Below, in pieces: positions 25,243 through 35,287 of a stretch of DNA of 64,000 bases (positions within the stretch are counted from its first letter, which is position 1; each line of letters begins with the position of its first letter). The notes beneath the pieces were generated by a model that saw only the letters and a program-made list of their open reading frames with translations, was not told where the DNA came from and ran no database searches. Where the stretch lies: contig CALRHH010000003.1 of the NCBI GenBank assembly GCA_943359395.1, positions 24,846-88,845 on the forward strand, in the 5' to 3' direction. A program made the translations under genes and the position numbers. The DNA is from Candidatus Nomurabacteria bacterium (GTDB lineage: Bacteria > Patescibacteriota > Minisyncoccia > Phycocordibacterales > UBA2100).

Positions 25243-26275
25243 TGACTATTCCCTTTTCGGCCTCGGTCGGAATGATGATGGTGATGCCGTCTCTGATGAA
25301 GCCCGTTCGGGCAGTCACCTCTTGCTCAATGGAGAGCTTTCGCTCTTTGAGCGCGAGTGTCTGTGCTTCCTCGGCAACAATATTCTGTTGGTCGGGAGTG
25401 AGAGATGCAAAGACAGTGCCGTTCATAACCATAAGCGTCAAAAACAAGTTGTGCTCTGTCTGAAGGACGGTCTTAATCTTATTGAATGCGGCGGGAGCTT
25501 TCGAACGATACGATTCGACGCGTATCATTTCTGCCTCTATCACCTGCAGACTGTCGTTCGCAATTCCCTCTTCCCACGCAGTCGATTGTTCGGGAACGTT
25601 ACTCTGCACAACGACACCCAATCCCTGCAAAAAGTCCTTCGAAAGGTACTGGACGGATGACGTGCGAAGGCCCGTGAGGTCGGCCAGCGACGAGATTGGT
25701 TTCGTCGTGAAAATGTCTCGATATCCGCCACTGTACGTAAAAGAGAGCGCATGAAGCTTCCCGCCAGAACCCGTATTTACCACGTCGCGCAACGCGTCCC
25801 CCACTGGCCCGTCGAGAACACGCGCAACCTGTTCGTGACTTGAAAATATCCCTGGTGCGTTGAGGATATCAAGCGGGTAGAGCGCGGGGTAAAGCTCTGA
25901 GTAACTAGTCACAGAAACCTGAGACATATCGGCTGCACCGCTATTCACCTCGGCGAGTCCTAAAGTATAAGTGGTTTTCGGACTACTGTAATCAACCGCG
26001 GAATAATTCGGGTCCACCAAGCGTATCGTGATAGCTCCTTGTGTACGCTGGTTGACCTTATCAGCAAATTCCTGGAGAAGAGCAACGTTATCGGTATTAT
26101 CCGGCTTGTGCGCCATGATAAAAGTGAGCGTCCGAGTCGCGACGGGGGTTGTCGCATAGTTTGCAAAGACGTAGTACCCGATTCCCGCTATTGCGAGAAC
26201 TGCAATTACGAGATAGGTGCTCCTGCTAGATGTCATATATATCGAGTACCGTAGTACAGTAACAATATAGCACAA
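25163..26275 (-). CDS. Membrane-anchored DctP-like (TRAP-type) solute-binding protein homolog. Second orphan copy.
   Basis: TM anchor STYLVIAVLAIAGIGYYVF. LTFIMAHKPDNTD…FADKVNQRTQGAITIRLV and EVNSGAADMSQVSVTSY resemble DctP family motifs. No DctQM nearby. Confidence 0.45.
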   Translation of the reverse strand: MCYIVTVLRYSIYMTSSRSTYLVIAVLAIAGIGYYVFANYATTPVATRTLTFIMAHKPDNTDNVALLQEFADKVNQRTQGAITIRLVDPNYSAVDYSSPKTTYTLGLAEVNSGAADMSQVSVTSYSELYPALYPLDILNAPGIFSSHEQVARVLDGPVGDALRDVVNTGSGGKLHALSFTYSGGYRDIFTTKPISSLADLTGLRTSSVQYLSKDFLQGLGVVVQSNVPEQSTAWEEGIANDSLQVIEAEMIRVESYRSKAPAAFNKIKTVLQTEHNLFLTLMVMNGTVFASLTPDQQNIVAEEAQTLALKERKLSIEQEVTARTGFIRDGITIIIPTEAEKGIVSAAAALVRAKNAGKLGEWFNRISTER

Positions 26276-26308
26276 TGTTTTCTACAATGTCACTCTACTC
26301 CCCAAAAC

Positions 26309-26725
26309 TCATTTCCTACGAAGAAACTCCTCCCCCGCCACCTTCGCGACAGGAGTTACGGCGAAGTGTATAGCGTAGAGAAGCCCGCCGATAATAGCGA
26401 GATTCTTCAGGATTTGCGTAAGGCTTACATAATCCCAAAAGCCCCAGTATACGACGAGGGTCAGAATGAAGGTGAGGACCGAGATGCTGTAGGCGGCAAT
26501 CTTCGTTTTAAAACCAAAAAGTAGCGCGAGCCCGCACCCGAGCTCAACGATGATTGCAATCGCGACCACAATTTCCGGCATCGGGAATCCGTGCGAACCC
26601 ATAAAAAGTACGGAACCCGGAAAATCAAGGAGCTTCGACGCCCCATGAAAGATGAAAAGCAACGAGAGAAGTACCCGTCCCGCAACAGGTAGGTGTGTCT
26701 CTAGCAATGAGTGGCTCGGATTCAT
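26309..26725 (-). CDS. DoxX-family small membrane protein.
   Basis: VAGRVLLSLLFIFHGASKLLDFPG…IAIIVELGCGLALLFG matches the DoxX pattern (4 TM, conserved H/G/K). Confidence 0.6.
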   Translation of the reverse strand: MNPSHSLLETHLPVAGRVLLSLLFIFHGASKLLDFPGSVLFMGSHGFPMPEIVVAIAIIVELGCGLALLFGFKTKIAAYSISVLTFILTLVVYWGFWDYVSLTQILKNLAIIGGLLYAIHFAVTPVAKVAGEEFLRRK

Positions 26726-26744
26726 ATGTGAGGGGTGAAGTTGC

Positions 26745-27248
26745 TCATAATTTCCGCACAGTGTCGAGCTGCTCGACCATGTCGAGGTCGCTATCGCGCA
26801 TGAGTACTATCGCTGCAGCGGTACACTTCCCGCTTTTCACATCATCAAGCGTCACCCGATGATCCATCTTTCCATCACATATCAGTACTGATCTATTCTG
26901 TGAGCAAATACCGAACGTCTTCCCAGCCTCAGGGCTGTAAAAATAAAAAAATGGGTGTTTTTCGGAAGAAAAAGGCTTGTCCCGACCTAAATCGGTGTAT
27001 ACGAGCGATGCGTCTGGGTATTCCTTCTTTATACGCAAACCAGAATCAGGCTCGTGGAGTTGAGTATACACATCGGCTATTTTTCCAGACATACCCGTAG
27101 TAGTAATACGCTTCAACACAGCAACAGGCGTGCCTTGCGCGTCACGTCCCGCCTTCATAAATCCGAGTACGCCAAGCAGTGCAATGAGCACAAATCCAAC
27201 AACCCACATTTGCCGACGCTTAAGATGTGTAGAAAGATAAAAATTCAC
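26745..27248 (-). CDS. Membrane-anchored hypothetical protein.
   Basis: N-terminal TM WVVGFVLIALLGVLGFM. No motifs. Confidence 0.3.
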   Translation of the reverse strand: MNFYLSTHLKRRQMWVVGFVLIALLGVLGFMKAGRDAQGTPVAVLKRITTTGMSGKIADVYTQLHEPDSGLRIKKEYPDASLVYTDLGRDKPFSSEKHPFFYFYSPEAGKTFGICSQNRSVLICDGKMDHRVTLDDVKSGKCTAAAIVLMRDSDLDMVEQLDTVRKL

Positions 27249-27293
27249 CTCCGCATTGTATCACTGGGAGATTCCGAGCCTTACCCAGACAAC

Positions 27294-27322
27294 AAAACCC
27301 CGCCGAGGGGCGGGGTTTTGTT
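27294..27322. terminator. Rho-independent terminator downstream of tuf (AAAACCCCGCC-GAGG-GGCGGGGTTTT).
   Basis: Perfect 7-bp GC stem flanked by A-run and T-run. Functional in both orientations. Confidence 0.7.
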
Positions 27323-27351
27323 TGCGAACGATTCCCGTTTGAAGACTTGGA

Positions 27352-28554
<1,203 letters not shown>

Positions 28555-28937
28555 ATAATTTAATTCCTTAAAACTAATAATCGGGATAAATCCCTCATAT
28601 CATGTCTTCGCTCGGATGAAGTGTAAGTGAAACTTCCACTTCAGTTCCTCGCTAGCCACGATAATTTATAATCTGCGCCAACGCTTTGGATGAGGCGAGA
28701 GCCTCGGTGCTCGGCGTATTCCTTGCGGGAGATATCCTTCGTTTAAAGCGGTTCGCTAGGCCGCACGGTGGAAATCCCGGACAAAATAATACGCACAGAG
28801 CGTGCGTCGGGACATAGTAGCAGAAGCCGCTTTTGCGTCAAGCTTTTGTGCGCGTCCAGTACATTTGGCACTCTTTGCAGGATGGTGTAATGCGAAAACT
28901 CGAGGTCGGAAACACCGGGGACGTAAAGATGTTTGTA

Positions 28938-30179
28938 TCAAAACCATCGCTTGAAAACATCCAACAGGCAGCCGAAGAACGTCGAGCAGTTTGGAGCATT
29001 CCCGGAAAAAAGATATTCCCCTTTGTCCACGAGTTGGTCCGGCCCTTTTTCGACTTCTGGAATTATGGAATGCGCGAGGATGTATGGGTCATGACGGATT
29101 CCTGTGACCATCCACGAGATCTCTTTGCCCGGCAGACCGCCGCCCACGACAAACGTATTGTCCTTCACTTCGTGCTTCACGTGCAGTTCCGGCATCGGCG
29201 CATCGATCGGGCGCAAGAAATACTGGAAGTCTTTGTTGAGCGCCTCGAAATATGCCGGCAAACGTATGGTCGCCATACCATCTTTCCCGATGACGGCGGT
29301 GCCCGCGTACTCATTGAGCGCATCCGGCGATTCGACGAATGAGTGGTACAGCAGCTCGTTTGCCGGATCCGCAGGATTGTCGATGACGAACGTCCCCGAT
29401 CCTTTGGTGAGATTACTGGAGACCGTTATGTTGCCAACGACCGATACCGCTTTGTTGATGCTGAGGTTGCGTGAAGAGGAGGGTAGGGTCCACGTAATTG
29501 AAACAGAGCCGGCGGTGCCACCTGAGCCGTTAGAGCCATCAGACGTGTATCCACCGCAAAACGGGTCTATGGAACCCGCAGGACTCCCGGCACCTCCGCT
29601 ACCGCCCGAACCAACGGTCACTGTGATATTTTGGCCCGTCGTGGGTGCACCAGCACCACCCGATGCCCACGTCTTGACCGCCTTTCCACCCGCGCCACCG
29701 GAACCACCAGAACCGCCTGAGGCCTGAGAGCCATTTCCCCCTGCTCCGCCACCCCCGCCGCCACTCCCTCCACCAGTAGTATTGGTGTCGCCCCCCGATG
29801 CGGTGCCGCTAGAGCCAGCGCTCCCGTTTTGGGATGCATATTGCCCCCCCGAACCGCCACCTCCGCTCCCACCGCTTACAGTGACCGAAGAGGCGAAAGA
29901 ACTTGCTCCACCACTTCCACCAGAACCGCCCAGAGCATAGGGATTAGTTGCGCTATTGCAGTATTCCCCTGAGCTAAGCCAGGCGGAACCGCCCGCTCCT
30001 CCTGCCCCGCCACCCCCTGCGCCGTTTACCGTCACCGTGAGCGAGCCGTACGAGGGAACGGTGAATGTGCCTGATGATGTGAAGTTCTGGGAACCAGCAA
30101 AGGCAAGCGCAGGCAATGCAAAGATGGCGAATGAGGCAAGCGCCAAGACTCCTAATCGATGTAGCGGCGTTATTTGCAT
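28938..30179 (-). CDS. Secreted Gly/Ser-rich protein with a conserved ~170-aa C-terminal domain (paralog 1 of 3). N-terminus resembles 'glycine-rich domain' proteins of tail-fibre type.
   Basis: Signal peptide …ALPALAFA. Then GSQNFTSSGTFTVPSYGSLTVTVNGAGGGG… poly-Gly/Ser run. C-terminal block FVIDNPADPANELLYHSFVESP…ISWMVTGIRHDPYILAHSIIPEVEKGP shared with the two neighbouring genes. Confidence 0.5.
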   Translation of the reverse strand: MQITPLHRLGVLALASFAIFALPALAFAGSQNFTSSGTFTVPSYGSLTVTVNGAGGGGAGGAGGSAWLSSGEYCNSATNPYALGGSGGSGGASSFASSVTVSGGSGGGGSGGQYASQNGSAGSSGTASGGDTNTTGGGSGGGGGGAGGNGSQASGGSGGSGGAGGKAVKTWASGGAGAPTTGQNITVTVGSGGSGGAGSPAGSIDPFCGGYTSDGSNGSGGTAGSVSITWTLPSSSRNLSINKAVSVVGNITVSSNLTKGSGTFVIDNPADPANELLYHSFVESPDALNEYAGTAVIGKDGMATIRLPAYFEALNKDFQYFLRPIDAPMPELHVKHEVKDNTFVVGGGLPGKEISWMVTGIRHDPYILAHSIIPEVEKGPDQLVDKGEYLFSGNAPNCSTFFGCLLDVFKRWF

Positions 30180-30778
30180 AACGGTTCAAAGACGCACTCC
30201 CCTTTATCGAGGAGCGCGCTGGGACCCTTCTCGACTTCAGGAACGATAGGATGCGCGAGGATGTACGGGTCGTGACGGATTCCTGTGACCATCCAGCTCA
30301 CCTCGCCGCCTGGTGCACCGCCGCCGATGACGAACGCGTTGTCTTGTATCTTTTGTTTAATGTACAGATTGGGCATCGACGCGTTCATTGGGAAGAATTG
30401 ATAAGTGGAATCCTTGTTGAGTGCCTCAAAGTAATCCGGTAGTTGAATTGTCGCTTCGCCTTTTCCATCGAACTGTGCGATTCCATTGTATTGATTCAGC
30501 GTATCGGGCGATTCGACGAACGAATGGTACAGGAGTTTGTTGGCAGGGTCCGTCGGATGGTCGATGACGAAGGTGCCTGCACCTTTGGAGATTGAGCCTG
30601 TGATATCAAACGTGCTCTTCGTAAGCAGGTTTGCATTGATGGTGAGCGCCGCTCGCGCCACAGGAGTGAGGGCGATAATCATGACAACGCCAACTCCGAG
30701 AATAAAGTATCGTCTCATACTATTTTTGTTTCGTGCTCGTCGCATACAATTCCGGATGAATGTACATGCCCTGCGCAT
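30170..30778 (-). CDS. Short paralog (2 of 3): signal/TM anchor plus the conserved C-terminal domain only, no Gly-rich region.
   Basis: FVIDHPTDPANKLLYHSFVESPDTLNQY…VSWMVTGIRHDPYILAHPIVPEVEKGP aligns block for block with the C-termini of the flanking genes. Confidence 0.5.
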   Translation of the reverse strand: MRRACTFIRNCMRRARNKNSMRRYFILGVGVVMIIALTPVARAALTINANLLTKSTFDITGSISKGAGTFVIDHPTDPANKLLYHSFVESPDTLNQYNGIAQFDGKGEATIQLPDYFEALNKDSTYQFFPMNASMPNLYIKQKIQDNAFVIGGGAPGGEVSWMVTGIRHDPYILAHPIVPEVEKGPSALLDKGECVFEPLCK

Positions 30779-32210
30779 ACGGGGCGCCCGCGCCTTTCTG
30801 TACTTCCGGAATTATTGGATTCGCGAGGATGTACGGGTCGTGCCGCACGCCGGTCACCATCCAGCTCACCTCTCCGCCAGGGCTCCCGCCCGCGATGGTG
30901 AAAACCGGAGTGCCTAACAATCCGAGAAAGCGCGGTTTTACCTTAACCGAAAGATGCAAATCCGGCATCGCAACCTCAATTGGCGTTGCGAAATAGCGGA
31001 AGTCTTTGTTGAGCGGCAAAAAATAGGTTGGCAGAGATATTGTCGCCTTGCCGGCATCATCGAGCGTCGCGCGGCCGACGTACACATTCATCACCTCCGG
31101 TGATTCCACGAACGAGTGGTAGAGCAATTTGTTCTTCGGGTCGAGCGGATGGTCGATAACGAACGAGCCTGAGCTCTTGGAGAGCGCGCCGGTGATATTG
31201 AGGTCGCCGTTGATAGTAACGGCCTTGTTGATAGTGAGTGTGGGCGACGCCGTCGTGAAGTTCTGAATGCTTCCGTATCCGGTGCCGTTGGAGTTGGTCG
31301 CATAGGCGCGTACGTAGTATGTGGTGCCCGTCGACAACGATGAGACGGCCCCGCTAAAAGAGCCTGTCCCCGATTTCGAGCCGAGCGTCGTGGTCGCAAT
31401 GACGGTCGTGAGCGTCGAAACAGTACCGTAAGCAAATCCGTGTTGTGTCGCGTCCGAACCGTTGGTCGCGGCAATGGAGCCGTTGAGCGTCGCACTGTTT
31501 ATCGTCACACCCGAAGCGGCCGAGGTGGTCACGGTGGGTGCAGCGGGGTCCGTCCACGTAATGGAGACGGAGCCCTTGGTGCCTGCATTGCCAGCGGTGC
31601 CCGACGCTGCACACCCCGCGCTTGTCCCTCCGCCGCCAGGGGTCCCTCCGTTTCCGACGGTGACCGTTATGCCCGCGCCCGGGGTAAGTTGGCCTACGGA
31701 GTAGGTTTTTACCGCTTTCCCTCCGGCAGCGCCATTCCCGCCAGTGCCGCCGCCGGGAAGTTGTTGACAATCTGGGTTTGCTGTAAAACCGCCGCCACCG
31801 CCGGTGCCGCCGCCTGCCCCTGCCCCTGTAGTGTTCGTGTCGCCGCCAGAAGCAGTGCCGCTGGAACCGTTGGAACCGGTACTTCCGGCACTAGAACCGC
31901 CGCCGCCATCTTGCGTGCCGCCGCCACCGCCGGTGCCGAAGCCGCCGCCGTTACCGATAACGTTGCCGTTGAAAGACACGGTTCCTCCTGATGTCCCCGC
32001 AGAACCATCCCCGCCGTTACCATAGAAAATATATGCCCCTCCACCGCCGCCTCCACCGCCGCCACCAGACCCGTTCACCGTGACGGTGAGCGACACGTAC
32101 GTTGGCACAGTAAAGGTGCCGCTTGAGGTGAAATTCTGCGAACCAGCAAAGGCAAGCGCAGGCAATGCGAAAAGTAGCAGCATTAGAAAAAGCACTCGCG
32201 CTTTCGGCAT
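30720..32210 (-). CDS. Secreted Gly/Ser/Thr-rich protein with conserved C-terminal domain (paralog 3 of 3). Longest copy.
   Basis: Signal peptide region nearly identical to paralog 1 (LPALAFAGSQNFTSSGTFTVP). A 29-nt identical DNA tract is shared with 30091-30119. C-terminal FVIDHPLDPKNKLLYHSFVESP…VSWMVTGVRHDPYILANPIIPEVQKG. Confidence 0.5.
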   Translation of the reverse strand: MPKARVLFLMLLLFALPALAFAGSQNFTSSGTFTVPTYVSLTVTVNGSGGGGGGGGGGAYIFYGNGGDGSAGTSGGTVSFNGNVIGNGGGFGTGGGGGTQDGGGGSSAGSTGSNGSSGTASGGDTNTTGAGAGGGTGGGGGFTANPDCQQLPGGGTGGNGAAGGKAVKTYSVGQLTPGAGITVTVGNGGTPGGGGTSAGCAASGTAGNAGTKGSVSITWTDPAAPTVTTSAASGVTINSATLNGSIAATNGSDATQHGFAYGTVSTLTTVIATTTLGSKSGTGSFSGAVSSLSTGTTYYVRAYATNSNGTGYGSIQNFTTASPTLTINKAVTINGDLNITGALSKSSGSFVIDHPLDPKNKLLYHSFVESPEVMNVYVGRATLDDAGKATISLPTYFLPLNKDFRYFATPIEVAMPDLHLSVKVKPRFLGLLGTPVFTIAGGSPGGEVSWMVTGVRHDPYILANPIIPEVQKGAGAPYAQGMYIHPELYATSTKQK

Positions 32211-32256
32211 CGATTTATTCTATCACTCGCCCGCTCCGGAAGGATGCGGGTGTTAC

Positions 32257-34398
32257 TTACTTCCTGCTTGCGATAACGAGGTCGGCAGCACTCTTCGGGA
32301 CAATCGCGTAGTGGCTGAATTCGAGGTTGGGGACGCCGCGGCCTTCGGTAAGGGATCGGAGCTGTGTGGTAAATCCAAACAATTCTGAAAGCGGCACTTT
32401 GGCCGTGATGACGCGTGCTTGTCCGCGCTCGCCCATCGCCTCGATAGCACCACGCTTCGAATTAATCATGCCGGTCACGTCACCCATGAACTTCTCAGGG
32501 ACAACGACTTCCAATTTCATGATTGGTTCGAGCAATACCGGCTTCGCTTTTTGCATAGCCTCTTGCATCGCGTTGATAGCCGCGAGCTTGAATGCGATTT
32601 CAGATGAGTCTACGTCGTGATACGAGCCGTCGTACAGCTCGACGGAAATGTCGACGACGGGGAATCCCGCTTGGATGCCACGCTCCATCGCTTCGATAAG
32701 ACCCTTTTTTACCGGCTGGATGTATTCCTGCGGAATGACGCCTCCTTTGATGTTGTTGATGAATTCGAAATGGTCTTCGCGGTCCACGTTGTTTTTGAGT
32801 TTCTTGCCTTCCTCCAACGGCTCCAATGGCTTGATGCGAATCTTGACGTGACCGTATTGGCCGCGACCTCCTGTCTGCTTGATGTGTTTGTATTCGACAT
32901 CCGCGGTGCCTTGAATGGTTTCGCGGTACGCGACCTGCGGCTTGCCCGTCGTTGCCTGCACGCCGAATTCGCGCTTCATGCGGTCAACGATAATTTCCAA
33001 GTGGAGCTCGCCCATTCCCGATACGATGGTTTCCATCGTTTCAGGGTCCGACTTGATGCGGAAGGTCGGATCTTCGTCGGAAAGCTTCGAGAGTGCCATA
33101 CCCATTTTCTCTTGGTCTGCTTTTGTGTTTGGCTCGATGCGCATTGAGACCACTGGCTCTGGGAATACGATTGATTCGAGTGCGATTGGGTGCGCGACGT
33201 CACAGAGAGTATGGCCGATTTTCACTTCTTTCATACCGACAGCTGCAGCGATTTCTCCTGCATAGACCGTCTTCACATCTTCACGCTTATCAGCCTGCAA
33301 GCGCACGATGCGTCCGACGCGTTCCTTCTTGTTGTTGGCAGAGTTGTATACCGTATCGCCGGCTGTGAATGTGCCTGAGTACACGCGGAAGAACGAAAGC
33401 TGTCCCACGAATGGGTCGGTCTGGATTTTGAAAACGAGTGCAGCGAAGGGAGCCTCATCGGATGCAGGACGAGTCTCTTCTGCGCCTGTATCCGTATTGA
33501 TGCCTTTTGATTCCGGCATGTCCTTCGGGCACGGGAGGTAATCCACGACCGCATCGAGTACGAGCTGCACGCCTTTGTTTTTGAGTGATGAGCCCGTGAG
33601 TACGGGGAAGATTTTGTTGGCGATGACACCCTTGCGAAGTGTCTTGCGGAGTGTTTCGAGTGGAATCTCTTTTCCATCCAAGAATTCAGCCATGACCGCA
33701 TCGTCATTCTCGACAATTCTCTCCACGAGCTCTGCGCGATACTTGTTCGCATCGGCCATCATGTCTGCGGGAATGTCATATGCAATGACATTTTTTCCCA
33801 TCTCTCCTTCAAATTTGTATGCCTTCATTGAGAGCAGGTCGATGATTCCCTCGAATTTATCTTCAAGTCCTATTGGGAGTTGGAATCGAACTGCCTTGTT
33901 TGAAAGCCGGTCCAAGATGCTTGCGTATGACTTTTCAAAAGATGCACCCGTGCGGTCGAGCTTGTTGATGTAGCAGATGCGGGGCACATTCGCCTCTTCT
34001 GCGTAACGCCAGTTGGTCTCGGATTGCGGCTCGACGCCGGCGACGCCGTCGAAGACGACAACTGCACCATCAAGCACGCGCATTGAACGCTTCACTTCTG
34101 AAGTAAAGTCGATGTGTCCAGGGGTGTCGATGATATTGAAACGGACTTTTTCGGAGAGGTCGGTGCCCATGTACGAGGGGTTCCAGAAACACGTGATGGC
34201 GGCGGCGGTGATGGTGATACCGCGCTCGCGCTCTTGTTCCATCCAGTCGGTGACTGTGTTGCCTTCGTGTACCTCACCGATTTTGTGCGACTCGCCTGTG
34301 TAATACAAAATACGCTCGGATGTGGTCGTTTTGCCCGCATCCACGTGCGCCACTATCCCAAAATTTCTCACCTTCTCCAACGGGTAATCTCTACTCAT
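32257..34398 (-). CDS. fusA: Elongation factor G.
   Basis: NFGIVAHVDAGKTTTSERILYYTG, DTPGHIDF and other full-length EF-G hallmarks. 713 aa. Confidence 0.95.
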   Translation of the reverse strand: MSRDYPLEKVRNFGIVAHVDAGKTTTSERILYYTGESHKIGEVHEGNTVTDWMEQERERGITITAAAITCFWNPSYMGTDLSEKVRFNIIDTPGHIDFTSEVKRSMRVLDGAVVVFDGVAGVEPQSETNWRYAEEANVPRICYINKLDRTGASFEKSYASILDRLSNKAVRFQLPIGLEDKFEGIIDLLSMKAYKFEGEMGKNVIAYDIPADMMADANKYRAELVERIVENDDAVMAEFLDGKEIPLETLRKTLRKGVIANKIFPVLTGSSLKNKGVQLVLDAVVDYLPCPKDMPESKGINTDTGAEETRPASDEAPFAALVFKIQTDPFVGQLSFFRVYSGTFTAGDTVYNSANNKKERVGRIVRLQADKREDVKTVYAGEIAAAVGMKEVKIGHTLCDVAHPIALESIVFPEPVVSMRIEPNTKADQEKMGMALSKLSDEDPTFRIKSDPETMETIVSGMGELHLEIIVDRMKREFGVQATTGKPQVAYRETIQGTADVEYKHIKQTGGRGQYGHVKIRIKPLEPLEEGKKLKNNVDREDHFEFINNIKGGVIPQEYIQPVKKGLIEAMERGIQAGFPVVDISVELYDGSYHDVDSSEIAFKLAAINAMQEAMQKAKPVLLEPIMKLEVVVPEKFMGDVTGMINSKRGAIEAMGERGQARVITAKVPLSELFGFTTQLRSLTEGRGVPNLEFSHYAIVPKSAADLVIASRK

Positions 34399-34452
34399 AT
34401 TTTGATGCGGGGTTAGCGACGACCTGCCCCGTAGTCAACGCGCAGCGTTGTA

Positions 34453-34504
34453 CTACTGGGGTGCCGAAATTTCGTACTTTTTCGAGTGGGTAATCGCGTG
34501 ACAT
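34453..34504 (-). pseudogene. Relic of a fusA 5' end: encodes MSRDYPLEKVRNFG, identical to the first 14 residues of EF-G, then diverges and stops. Lies ~100 bp upstream of the real fusA start.
   Basis: Reverse complement of 34463-34504 = ATG TCA CGC GAT TAC CCA CTC GAA AAA GTA CGA AAT TTC GGC, versus real fusA ATG AGT AGA GAT TAC CCG TTG GAG AAG GTG AGA AAT TTT GGG. 15 nt differences, all synonymous. Confidence 0.5.
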
Positions 34505-34672
34505 ATCTTTAAATAAAAACGCCGCAAACGGCGTTGCACTAATGTAACGGAAATCGGAGTGAAAAGCAATCTTCTCGACACACTCAAGCCTATACTATAT
34601 AAATCCGATAGGACTGGTCCTGGTCCTGCACTACCAAATCCCTGTACAACCAAGACATAAAGGAGGAGACCG

Positions 34673-35215
34673 GTGAATATTCGAAACCCGCCTACAGTGC
34701 GCCTGTTCCCGAAACAAGCCGCTTATAATGCGTTCGACCTGCTTGCTTACGCGAATCTAGAATTCGGCGATGACGTCCCGCCCCTTCCTCTGCCCCCGAT
34801 GCTGATGCTTCACCGCATCATCGACATCAACGAGGTCGGCGGCAAGGACGGCAAAGGTTGCGCCGTTGCCGAATACGATGTACGGCCCGACGACTTCTAC
34901 TTCAAGTACCACTTCAAGAACAACCCGCTTATGCCCGGGGTCTATGGCCTCGATAGCGTGCTCCAGCTTGCGGGCTTCATGTTGGCGTGGACGGGCCCCC
35001 GCGGCGACGGTATGGCGGTTGGTGTTGACGGAGTAAAATTCCGCAACAAGATCACCCCGGACTCCGCTACCATCCGTATCGGCGTCGAGGTCAAGCAGAT
35101 TAGGCCCGGAAAAACTTCTATTATCCGGGCTTCCGGCTGGGTCAGAGACAGCACCAAGCTTATCTCCGAGATGGATGAGGTTGTGGTCGGCGTGGTAGCC
35201 AGAAAGGCCGCGTGA
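34673..35215 (+). CDS. FabA/FabZ-like hotdog-fold (3-hydroxyacyl-ACP) dehydratase, encoded antisense inside the str operon between rpsG and fusA. GTG start preceded by AAGGAGG.
   Basis: LPPMLMLHRIIDINEVGGKDGKGCAVAEYDVRPDDFYFKYHFKNNPLMPGVYGLDSVLQLAGF fits the FabZ/FabA signature (LPHR.P.LLvDrv…g….a.k.V..ne.fF.GHFp..PvmPGVl.iEa.aQ). Strong SD AAGGAGG 6 nt before GTG. Confidence 0.6.
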   Translation: MNIRNPPTVRLFPKQAAYNAFDLLAYANLEFGDDVPPLPLPPMLMLHRIIDINEVGGKDGKGCAVAEYDVRPDDFYFKYHFKNNPLMPGVYGLDSVLQLAGFMLAWTGPRGDGMAVGVDGVKFRNKITPDSATIRIGVEVKQIRPGKTSIIRASGWVRDSTKLISEMDEVVVGVVARKAA

Positions 35216-35287
35216 CGCGCTTGTGCGTGACGCACAACGCGGACGGGGAATGTTTTCCCGCCCGCGTTTGCTATTTATACTGAGAAA

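Noticed and set aside
28555-28937. Possible tRNA genes in the 380-bp leader upstream of tuf (a common location for thr/tyr/gly tRNAs)
   Set aside because: No acceptor or T-arm pattern (GTTCRANYC or its complement) could be found by eye. I cannot support a tRNA call without a tRNAscan-type search.
31091-32065. Several Arg-rich, Pro-rich and Ala-rich ORFs (31091-31495-, 31354-31770-, 31440-31991+, 31709-32065-, 31804-32025+)
   Set aside because: These are alternative-frame and antisense readings of the GC-rich poly-Gly-coding region of the 30720-32210 gene.
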